From a virus: a DNA stretch of 64,000 nt. Positions 11,901 through 19,646 of this stretch are shown here, piece by piece. The notes under the pieces were generated by a model that saw nothing but the letters and a program-made list of their open reading frames with translations, searched no databases and was not told the origin of the DNA. The number at the start of each line of letters is the position of its first letter. Position 1 is the first letter of the stretch. Location of the stretch: IMG/VR virus record IMGVR_UViG_3300012039_000002, positions 99,356 through 163,355 of that record. One strand, 5' to 3'. Position numbers and translations under genes: made by a program.

Positions 11901-14005
11901 GTTATTCGGGTTCGGGCGTCTCAGGCTATTCGGGTTCTGGTGTCTCAGGTTATTCTGGCTCAGGCGTAAGCGGCTATTCTGGTTCTGGAACATCAGGCTA
12001 TTCTGGTGTCGGAACGTCTGGCTACTCGGGAGCTTCCGGCTATTCTGGCATCTCAGGTATTCAATATCCGTGGCAGGGCGCTTGGGTGTCGGGTACTGCT
12101 TATATACCGAACGATTGTATTGGTTATCTTGGTGCGTCATACATTTCGATTCAGAGTGGTTCGGGTCAAACCCCAGTCCCTACTGGAACAGCATATTGGG
12201 ATCTACTGGCGTCGTCAGGTTACTCTGGCATTTCAGGTTACTCTGGCTCCGGTGTTTCGGGCTACTCAGGTTCAGGCACTTCTGGTTATTCTGGCTATAG
12301 CGGAAAATCTGGCTATAGCGGCTATTCAGGCTATTCAGGCTCTGGTGTTTCAGGTTACTCAGGTTCTGGAACATCAGGCTATTCAGGCTATAGTGGTTAT
12401 TCAGGATATTCTGGACATTCTGGTTACTCTGGTGTCAGCGGTTATTCAGGTGTCTCTGGCTATTCGGGTATTAGTGGTTCTGCGCCGTATATCGGAGTAA
12501 ATACTCATACATCTTCAGATCTCATGGGTACATATCCTGCTGGTATGTCTTTGATGACAGTGAACGTAGGACTCTCTACTGGTTGGCCTGAACCTGTAGG
12601 TTCTGCAAATTGTCAAGGAGAAGTAATTACTTATTATGACAATACATATGGTGCCGACGGCATAGGATTAGGTTATCAAGAATATCATGTTAGAGGAGGT
12701 CAACCAAATTCAAATACTTCAAGATATTATAGAAAACCAGATACAGCTGAAGCTGGTTCAGCATGGACAGCTTGGAGTGAAGGAATAGGCATTTCTGGAT
12801 ACAGTGGTTATAGCGGCTACTCTGGATATTCTGGCTACTCAGGATTCAGTGGTTATTCTGGAAACTCAGGATACTCTGGCTACTCTGGCTCAGGTGTAAG
12901 TGGTTATAGTGGCTATTCTGGCTACTCTGGCTCTGGAACTTCTGGCTACAGTGGCTTTAGTGGAATTTCAGGTTACTCTGGCTTCTCTGGTATCAGTGGT
13001 TACTCTGGCTATTCCGGTTCTGGTGTTAGTGGCTATTCCGGATATTCCGGTTCTGGTGTTAGTGGCTATTCCGGATCGCCTAACTCTAATGCAGACACAG
13101 TAGACGGACAGCATAATTACGATTTCTGGAGATATTGTGGTAATAGAACGACTGATGCTACACCGACTGACGTATCTAATTTGGTTGGGGGATTTACTTT
13201 TTATACACAATTTGTCTCAGACGTATCTGGTTATCCAGAAACAACGTACGGCCCAGTGTGGGGTTTCGCCGATAATCTTAATGGTTCTGTATTTTACGGC
13301 TGGGAAATGTATAAGGGTTACAGCGCTAGTTTGTATCTTAGGACACAGACTGGCTTAACTACATGGTCTAGTTGGTCTATACTTGGATCATCAGGAAACA
13401 GCGGTTATTCCGGTTTCTCTGGTATTAGTGGCTATTCAGGATCTGGCGTTTCTGGTTATTCAGGATTCAGCGGCTACTCAGGTGTTTCTGGCTACTCTGG
13501 CTCTGGTGTCTCTGGCTACTCCGGAACTGTAGCCGCGGGATCTATTACAGGATCAGGAACAAGCGGGTATATCACTAAATGGGGGAGTGCTTCTGGTATA
13601 ACTTCTTCTCTTCATCTTCGTGAAGACGCTGAAGGAGTGTTCATTGGTGGCAATCTTTCTAGCGGCGCTGCATACTTTCATATAGATTCTGACACAAAAG
13701 ACGACGTACCGTTTAAGGTTACAGGAACTCAGGGAGAGCTGTTTTCAGTTACAGACAATCTAGATTCACTTCTTCAATCAGTCAACGACATCACAGGACT
13801 GCCAGTATTTGAAGTTTATGCTGATGACCGCGTAGTAGTACACGGGGCAACTGAGGTGGTGGCGAAGGACGCTCCGTCAACTCCGGCAGCTGATAATGCG
13901 AGACTTTACGTGACGGCTTCCGGCGCAACACCAAACAGGGAAATCGCTCTTAATGTAAAATTCGAAGATGGAACAGTAGTGATATTATCATCGGTATTGG
14001 TGTAA
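8930..14005 (+). CDS. very large SGYSG-repeat fibre protein
   Basis: 1691 aa; repeats interrupted by two EV(S/G)G(V/A)PGFDIRI domains, one YPWQGAW module and a C-terminal GELFSVTD..SVNDITGLPVFEV domain. Confidence 0.8.
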   Translation: MQRIYKRFRELLDASQPDAGKFLRWSTSGTIENAVGVSGYSGDSGYSGTSGKSGYSGSSVSGYSGKSGYSGRSGYSGISGSGVSGYSGTSGYSGAHGVIGLSGTSGYSGRSGSGVSGYSGSGTSGYSGYSGVTGSQGASGKSGYSGADGVNGASGHSGYSGKSGYSGADGSIGYSGESGYSGFSGSGVSGFSGSGVSGYSGIGTSGYSGLDAQMSGYSGYSGLSGVGLVGPPGTSGYSGIGTSGYSGIGTSGYSGVSGLGVSGYSGVSGSGVSGYSGVAPSTTTYLPSSVSTNVGSYVSGTLTSIQIFGDNDVYEVDEVSGVPGFDIRIDFSGVSGFNKAQMNIWYTGVANHIPKVQIYNNNTTSWDSIGSLNDDTELQSHEFAVINSVPYISAGAVSTRIYHETSGIITHDILVDYFVLQNAIGGAQGIPGFIGPSGYSGSSTSGYSGLSGYSGLSGTSGSGTSGYSGFVGVPGGQGISGYSGISGYSGISGTSGYSGIGTSGYSGISGYSGSGVSGYSGISGSGVSGYSGSGASGYSGYSGFGVSGYSGSGVSGYSGSGISGYSGDIGTSGYSGLNADSGSPGVSGYSGYSGIGTSGYSGIGTSGYSGDSGISGYSGSGVSGYSGYSGVSGISGYSGVSGSGVSGYSGYSGSGVSGYSGVSGFSGYSGSGYSGYSGYSGYSGSGVSGYSGYSGSGVSGYSGYSGSGVSGYSGSGVSGYSGYSGSGVSGYSGQDGATGNSGDSGYSGASGYSGQDGIIGFNGDSGYSGLSGYSGYSGYSGSGVSGYSGYSGYSGVSGYSGYSGISGYSGSGISGYSGSGVSGYSGLSPENVTYYASGFDVLTGTLTSGTTLSLSGFNDGDFAHVDEVGGAPGFDIRIGFSGVDTFNEVILNAFYLGSAGHIVKVDFFNNATSGWDSFGTLNDDIAFQVHEFPIPDDTDYIATGGVVASRIYHYSNGQTSHDFDLDYFVIRDSIGGSQGIEGISGYSGYSGYSGSGVSGYSGSGVSGYSGSGVSGYSGSGTSGYSGVGTSGYSGASGYSGISGIQYPWQGAWVSGTAYIPNDCIGYLGASYISIQSGSGQTPVPTGTAYWDLLASSGYSGISGYSGSGVSGYSGSGTSGYSGYSGKSGYSGYSGYSGSGVSGYSGSGTSGYSGYSGYSGYSGHSGYSGVSGYSGVSGYSGISGSAPYIGVNTHTSSDLMGTYPAGMSLMTVNVGLSTGWPEPVGSANCQGEVITYYDNTYGADGIGLGYQEYHVRGGQPNSNTSRYYRKPDTAEAGSAWTAWSEGIGISGYSGYSGYSGYSGYSGFSGYSGNSGYSGYSGSGVSGYSGYSGYSGSGTSGYSGFSGISGYSGFSGISGYSGYSGSGVSGYSGYSGSGVSGYSGSPNSNADTVDGQHNYDFWRYCGNRTTDATPTDVSNLVGGFTFYTQFVSDVSGYPETTYGPVWGFADNLNGSVFYGWEMYKGYSASLYLRTQTGLTTWSSWSILGSSGNSGYSGFSGISGYSGSGVSGYSGFSGYSGVSGYSGSGVSGYSGTVAAGSITGSGTSGYITKWGSASGITSSLHLREDAEGVFIGGNLSSGAAYFHIDSDTKDDVPFKVTGTQGELFSVTDNLDSLLQSVNDITGLPVFEVYADDRVVVHGATEVVAKDAPSTPAADNARLYVTASGATPNREIALNVKFEDGTVVILSSVLV

Positions 14006-14006
14006 C

Positions 14007-15536
14007 ATGGGCACACGATCAGGGCAGAACATAGTCACTGACGGCTTGATTTTATGTCACGACGCTGGCAATTTCAAGAGCTTTAGAGGAGAACCGTCAA
14101 CCAATCTTATTTCTGGAATCGCTTGCGGCTACCCAACAGCTTCAAATACTTGGGGAACGTACGAGGTGTTTCAAAATCCGACAGACTTGTACAACGGAGG
14201 TTCGCCCTTTACTTTAACGATCGGAGGGGTGGCAGGAAATGAAGTTACAGTTACTGGCCATCCGTTTCTGACGTATGATGGCGTTCAGCCTCAGAGTACT
14301 GGAGGCGGTTTAACTTCAGGAGCGGTTTATTTTGTAAAAAAGACTGGAGCTAATACATTTACTCTTCATGTTTATGACGATACTGAAAATGGAAGCAAGG
14401 GTCTAGACGCTTATGGATATGCCGTTCACAACTCGGTCAACACAGATACTAGAGTTTCGATAAACTCATCTGGCTTTCCTACGTCCTGGTGGGGCCCGCC
14501 TCACTTGCCGAACACCACGACAGTAAAGCAGATAATGAAGAGCGGTTTTAAGTATGAAGACAAGGTTCACGACTGCATGCGAATTCATTATTTTAGGGGC
14601 GATCGCAGTGAGGCGGGTGGAATGGCTTACGGGGGCGGCGTCGCGATCCCGACTCTTGCCGCTAGTACAACGTACACTATTTCATTTTATTATAGAGGTG
14701 TAGACGAACAAGCTTCCGGAAAGTCCGTTCTGTTTCAGATTTACTGTTCAGATTCTACCAATGGCTACGCTAATCCAGGAAGTCCAGTAGTACAGTACTG
14801 GGATCCTGGCGATACTAATTGGAAACGATTTACTCATACATGGACTCAGGCTGCCAACCAAGCAGGAGTTAGTTACTTTTACTGGATAGAAAATGTTGGC
14901 GGAGCAGGGACATTTGCCATTGACATCGCAGAGATACAGTTAGAAGTTATGGGTCACGTCACTGCGTATACATCGGGAACTCGTTCTGGTACTTTGGCTT
15001 CAGGTGGCGGAATGAAGGATCTTGCTAGCCTTCATCATCACGAGATAGTTGGAAATCCAGTTTATAATTCTGATGTCGGCGGGAATTTAGTTTTAGATGG
15101 TTCTGACGACGGATGGACTCTGGAGTCTGCTCTTGCGGGATCTCCGTCTAGTGCTACGGTTGTTGCATTCTTCAAGTCTACTGATACTACTAATTTATGG
15201 GTTCAAGGAAATGACACAGGATTTTACGTCGGCGCTACAGATCCAAGTTCTAGCAACGTATTCTATCAGAATAATTGCGGCACTCCGACTTACTATATAG
15301 ATACTGTGAGTAGAGCAAACCCTACAACTCCGGTAAATTATTTAGACGGAAATTGGCACATGTGGGAGGCAAAGGGCGTCAATTTTTCAACTTGGACTAG
15401 GTTCCAGTGGTGGACTTATTACGCTGGTTATCAGCTTCTTGGTTCTGTTGCTCTTGTTATGGTTTACAATCGATCGCTTTCTGCATCTGAATCGGCGCAA
15501 AATTTTGCTGCTTTGAGAAATAGGTTTGGAATCTAA
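14007..15536 (+). CDS. LamG/concanavalin A-like virion protein
   Basis: IVTDGLILCHDAGN N-terminus and YNRSLSASE..QNF..LRNRFGI C-terminus typical of phage LamG proteins. Confidence 0.7.
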   Translation: MGTRSGQNIVTDGLILCHDAGNFKSFRGEPSTNLISGIACGYPTASNTWGTYEVFQNPTDLYNGGSPFTLTIGGVAGNEVTVTGHPFLTYDGVQPQSTGGGLTSGAVYFVKKTGANTFTLHVYDDTENGSKGLDAYGYAVHNSVNTDTRVSINSSGFPTSWWGPPHLPNTTTVKQIMKSGFKYEDKVHDCMRIHYFRGDRSEAGGMAYGGGVAIPTLAASTTYTISFYYRGVDEQASGKSVLFQIYCSDSTNGYANPGSPVVQYWDPGDTNWKRFTHTWTQAANQAGVSYFYWIENVGGAGTFAIDIAEIQLEVMGHVTAYTSGTRSGTLASGGGMKDLASLHHHEIVGNPVYNSDVGGNLVLDGSDDGWTLESALAGSPSSATVVAFFKSTDTTNLWVQGNDTGFYVGATDPSSSNVFYQNNCGTPTYYIDTVSRANPTTPVNYLDGNWHMWEAKGVNFSTWTRFQWWTYYAGYQLLGSVALVMVYNRSLSASESAQNFAALRNRFGI

Positions 15537-15561
15537 TGGGAACAAGACACAGGTTTAAATA

Positions 15562-16884
15562 ATGACACTAATTTATTCACCCAAAATTGTTACAGACGGA
15601 CTGATAATGTGCTTAGATCCGGCCAACGTTAAGTCTTCTTGTGGTCGCAGATCTTTGATAGATTGGGCTAGTTGGGTGGCGGGTACTGGAGATGCAACTT
15701 CTGGTGGCGGTACAGATTATTATAACGTAGCTGAAACCGCAGGAGAGAGCACTCGGGCACTTGGAACAGATCCATGGGGCAGATCGAGCATGCTCTGGAA
15801 TTGTACAACTCAAGGAACGAACAATGCTGACGGCGGCTTTACGACTAGCTATGTGCCTATAGCTATAGGTCAGACATATAGATTTTCTGTTTGGTTTAAG
15901 AGAACATCAGCAACGACGACTGGAACTGCTTATTTTGGTTTATCTTCTGATGACTCTGGCAACGTTGTGGATTTAGACGACGATGCAAACGAAGGAAATC
16001 CGTATTGGCATTACGGCAATTTAGCTACTTTTACACAAAACACATGGTATTTATTTGTAGGTCATGCATATCTGTCAGATCATTCTAGTAGCATAAAACG
16101 GCACCCTGAAAGTGGTGTGTATACTATTGCCGGTGGAAGACTTTCCAACTGTTCAGGCAATATTGCCGATTGTAAGTGGACAGCGGGAGCAACTCAGGCG
16201 CTTCTTAGAAGCTTTATGTATTATTGCACTGATGCTGCTGACGCTGGGTCTTTATTTAATCCGAGAATCGATGTGTGTGACGGCTCGGAGCCCTCTATAG
16301 CAGAGCTCTTAAATGATGCAGGCTCTTCTTTGTTTGACATTACAGGAAATGGAAATCATGGCATTCTTGTTAAGAACCCTATATACGCTCCGACAAATAG
16401 CGGAATAATAACGCTAAACGGAACCGACCAAATTATAAGCGTCTCTAAAAATATGGCAGCTCTCAACTACACTGTTTTTGGAGCAGTAAGATATTCTGGC
16501 GCTACAAGAGGAAGAATATTGAGCGCTTTAGCTAATAACTGGTTGCTTGGAAATCATAGCACAACTTCAGAGAACTATTATGCAGAAGGATGGATTACTG
16601 ACGGTTCTGGTCACGGCGCAAACGATACAAACTGGCGAACATTAGCAGGCACTGGTGACATTCTTGGAGATAATTATTCGCTTTATGTGAATGGTGTTGA
16701 GCAATCCGTCTTAACACCCACAGGCGGCACAGCAGGGCCTAATGGTTTGGCAATAGGTTCTTATGCTGGAGTGAGCGAATTTAGTACTGCTGACGTTGGG
16801 ATAGTTTTGATGTACGATAGAACGCTAACTGCCAACGAGGTGTTGCAGAATCACATCGCCGTGAAAGGGAGGTATGGATTGTAA
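15562..16884 (+). CDS. LamG/concanavalin A-like virion protein (paralog of 14007)
   Basis: IVTDGLIMCLDPAN...YDRTLTANEVLQN..KGRYGL. Confidence 0.7.
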   Translation: MTLIYSPKIVTDGLIMCLDPANVKSSCGRRSLIDWASWVAGTGDATSGGGTDYYNVAETAGESTRALGTDPWGRSSMLWNCTTQGTNNADGGFTTSYVPIAIGQTYRFSVWFKRTSATTTGTAYFGLSSDDSGNVVDLDDDANEGNPYWHYGNLATFTQNTWYLFVGHAYLSDHSSSIKRHPESGVYTIAGGRLSNCSGNIADCKWTAGATQALLRSFMYYCTDAADAGSLFNPRIDVCDGSEPSIAELLNDAGSSLFDITGNGNHGILVKNPIYAPTNSGIITLNGTDQIISVSKNMAALNYTVFGAVRYSGATRGRILSALANNWLLGNHSTTSENYYAEGWITDGSGHGANDTNWRTLAGTGDILGDNYSLYVNGVEQSVLTPTGGTAGPNGLAIGSYAGVSEFSTADVGIVLMYDRTLTANEVLQNHIAVKGRYGL

Positions 16885-17246
16885 TGACTACGTATAGATT
16901 ATCTCCGAAAGGTTCATTTGCTTTTCTCATTGACGGTGGCGGTGCTACGATCACGACAGGTGTAAAGGGCGACATCGAAATACCTTTCGCTTGTACGATA
17001 ATTGCTGCTAGAATGTTTGCGGACCAATCGGGCAGCATTACTGTGTCTATCTGGAAAGATACATACGCTAACTTCCCTCCAGTAGTGGGAGATTTGATAG
17101 ATACATATGTCCTGACTACTACAACTAAATACGAAGAAACCGGCTTAGTTCTTTCTGTTGCTGCAGGCAGCATCATAAGATTCAATGTGGACTCTTGTAC
17201 TACAATACAAAGATGCACAGTTTCGCTGACTGCGATGAAGGTGTAG
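16884..17246 (+). CDS. small fibre tip/adaptor beta domain
   Basis: IDGGGATITTGVKGDIEIPFACTI motif usually found at tail-fibre C-termini. Confidence 0.55.
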   Translation: MTTYRLSPKGSFAFLIDGGGATITTGVKGDIEIPFACTIIAARMFADQSGSITVSIWKDTYANFPPVVGDLIDTYVLTTTTKYEETGLVLSVAAGSIIRFNVDSCTTIQRCTVSLTAMKV

Positions 17247-17247
17247 C

Positions 17248-18030
17248 ATGCCAAGTTCCGTAATACGACCTACAACACACGTCGACTCAACTCCTGCATG
17301 TAACAGTCCTACGCAAGCGTATGATGGCGGAACTGGTGCTGCTCCTGATACGTCGACGTATGCTTATCACCTCTCGCCGGGCGCTGGCGGGTATGCAACT
17401 TCGATTTTTAAAGTAAAAAACTGTGGAAGTCTTCCTGGCGGTTGCATCGCTGCTTATATGAAAGCCAGAGTTTGGCCTGTACCGGCTACTAACGCATGGG
17501 TTTATTACTATTGGTATACTGATGGTGGAACTACTCCATTTAATACTGATGATCTTTATGTTTCGGATCCAGGTGGTCCCGTTGTTCTTTCGCATGCCAT
17601 ATCGACTAGTGTCACGATGTCGAATCTTGTTTGGGAAAGCAGGCCAAACGACCCTTCTGGTGCTGGTCTTCAAGGATATTCTTTTGTTTGGGACTGTTGG
17701 GTTGAAGCATGGACTGCAATAAGTGCACCCGGAAGTCCAAGTTGCACACCGGGATTAAGAAAGAATTCTCTTGGTTGGTCAGCTGTCTCTGGTGCAGATG
17801 ATTACGTTATTCGTTGGACGAGTGATGGCTCTACGCCAACTAAATCTAGCGCTGCTATTACTCCGGGAAATGTTACTTCGTACGAACACACTAGTTTGAG
17901 TCACATACTCTATAAGTATAAAATATCTGCAAGGGACGCCGGTGACGCCGCTGGTGGAGATTTGTCGACAGAAGTTTCTGGAACGCCTGCTCTCCCTGGT
18001 AGCGCTATTAGTTCTATCATAGGGTTTTAA
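17248..18030 (+). CDS. virion accessory protein with C-terminal FN3-like domain
   Basis: LGWSAVSGADDYVIRW...YKYKISA fibronectin-III pattern. Confidence 0.6.
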   Translation: MPSSVIRPTTHVDSTPACNSPTQAYDGGTGAAPDTSTYAYHLSPGAGGYATSIFKVKNCGSLPGGCIAAYMKARVWPVPATNAWVYYYWYTDGGTTPFNTDDLYVSDPGGPVVLSHAISTSVTMSNLVWESRPNDPSGAGLQGYSFVWDCWVEAWTAISAPGSPSCTPGLRKNSLGWSAVSGADDYVIRWTSDGSTPTKSSAAITPGNVTSYEHTSLSHILYKYKISARDAGDAAGGDLSTEVSGTPALPGSAISSIIGF

Positions 18031-18039
18031 GGAGAAAAC

Positions 18040-18387
18040 ATGTTTATAGTAAAGTTTGGAAGATACGCTGTTGTTTTTTATATCGGATGGAACAATTGGT
18101 CTTTTGGCGTGAAATCAGGCTTTCAGGGTCGGTCCTTTGGGCCTATTATTTTTATTCGGCCCAGATGCATTGATGATAGAGGAATGTTGGAACACGAACT
18201 GGTTCACTCACGTCAGTTCTGGAATCCGAGAAAGTGGTTCATTGGAAAGCTCGCTAGAGAGGTTGAAGCATACCGAGAGCAGCTAAAATGGCATCCAGAT
18301 AGAGCAGACATTTTTGCGACAATATTGTCGACGAGATATGGATTAAATATTACAAAAGAAGAAGCTTTAAAATTGCTTACAGCATAG
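18040..18387 (+). CDS. small HExxH zinc metallopeptidase-like protein
   Basis: LEHELVHSRQ...EVEAY. Confidence 0.55.
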   Translation: MFIVKFGRYAVVFYIGWNNWSFGVKSGFQGRSFGPIIFIRPRCIDDRGMLEHELVHSRQFWNPRKWFIGKLAREVEAYREQLKWHPDRADIFATILSTRYGLNITKEEALKLLTA

Positions 18388-18388
18388 A

Positions 18389-18397
18389 TGATATAAT
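18389..18397 (+). promoter_or_regulatory. extended -10 promoter element upstream of glycosylation cluster
   Basis: TGATATAAT in the intergenic gap, followed by an AGGAG RBS; no clear -35. Confidence 0.4.
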
Positions 18398-18428
18398 AAA
18401 AGCATAAATAACGCAATAGGAGTCGCAT

Positions 18429-19646
18429 TTGAAAGTATTATTAATTCATCCGCCGCACCCTAATTCTACTGATGACAGGCTTGATCCTCCAATGGGCCTT
18501 CTTTATATTGCATCTCATTTAGAGAAAAACTATGTAGACGTGGATGTTTTAGATTTGTCGGGAAACAGCGATTGGGACGTTGCTATACCATTTGCTGACA
18601 TTTATGGGATTACGTCTTATATCGCCACGCTGGGTATAACTGAATCGATAGCAAAGCTGTGCAGATTAAAAAACGCAAAAGCTCAGGTAATTATCGGCGG
18701 AGCTCACGCATCTGTGCGTCCGCAAGACTTTCCGTATGCCGACAAGGTGGTTAGAGGCTATGGTGAAGCTCCCATGCTGGCTCTTTGTGGCAAACAAGCG
18801 ACAGTGGACCTATTTGAGTTCCCTGCATTCAATAAAGTTAATTTAGGATCCTATTCAAGGCTAATAGACGGAAAGCCCTCGGTTCCCTTTTTAACATCTA
18901 GAGGCTGCCCATTCAAATGCAGCTTTTGTGGTCTGGCTTCTATGCATAATATAAATGGTCGGTACCACATGATGAAGCCTGACGTGGCTGCAACGCAGCT
19001 ATGCCGTATTAAGAATGAACTTGGCATTGATAGATTAAACTTCCAAGATGACATTTTTACGATGAATCGCCCTAGACTCTTTAAAATACTAGAGGCAGTA
19101 AAGGAGCTAGGATTTAGATTCTCTTGTATGGGTAGGGCAGGCTACGACACTGAAGAGACTTACGAGAAACTAGCTGAGTCAGGATGTCAACAGATAGCAT
19201 GGGGAATAGAAACAGGTTCGCAATACATGCTTGACCGTATGAGAAAAGAAATAAAAGTTCAAGACAACTATAACGTAATTAAATGGGCTAAGAAATATGG
19301 TATAGTATCTAGGGCTTTCTTTATGATAGGATTTCCCGGAGAGACTAGAGAAACGATAGAGGAAACAAAACGTTTCATAGAAAAATCAGATCCTGACCAA
19401 TACTTTGTTTCTAACTTTACGCCGTATCCTGGAACAGAAGTAGCTGAAAATCCAGAATGGTACGGAATTACTGGCATGTCTCATGATTATAGCAACTATT
19501 TTCAGGTTTCAAAAGACGGCCCTGGCGGATGTAACATAGATACAGAGTGGCTTTCTAGAGAGCAATTTAGAGAACTAGAACTAGAGTTTAGACAATGGAT
19601 TAAGTCCCGAGGCATGAGAGGAGCTAAGCAAAAATATGAAGGTTAG
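18429..19646 (+). CDS. B12-binding domain radical SAM enzyme (class B methyltransferase-like)
   Basis: PPMGLLYIAS and GGAHAS cobalamin-binding domain; TSRGCPFKCSFC CxxxCxxC; GIETGS; FMIGFPGET; TTG start. Confidence 0.9.
   Translation: MKVLLIHPPHPNSTDDRLDPPMGLLYIASHLEKNYVDVDVLDLSGNSDWDVAIPFADIYGITSYIATLGITESIAKLCRLKNAKAQVIIGGAHASVRPQDFPYADKVVRGYGEAPMLALCGKQATVDLFEFPAFNKVNLGSYSRLIDGKPSVPFLTSRGCPFKCSFCGLASMHNINGRYHMMKPDVAATQLCRIKNELGIDRLNFQDDIFTMNRPRLFKILEAVKELGFRFSCMGRAGYDTEETYEKLAESGCQQIAWGIETGSQYMLDRMRKEIKVQDNYNVIKWAKKYGIVSRAFFMIGFPGETRETIEETKRFIEKSDPDQYFVSNFTPYPGTEVAENPEWYGITGMSHDYSNYFQVSKDGPGGCNIDTEWLSREQFRELELEFRQWIKSRGMRGAKQKYEG

Noticed and set aside
33-13358. Many alternative-frame and minus-strand ORFs (VILV/AIL or QN-rich) in the fibre region
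   Set aside because: Shadows of the SGYSG codon repeats; no RBS, and fully overlapped by the long fibre ORFs.
2-14005. Ice-nucleation protein call for the GYS repeats
   Set aside because: Lacks the regular 16-residue AGYGSTxTA period and TxT ladders of InaZ-type proteins.
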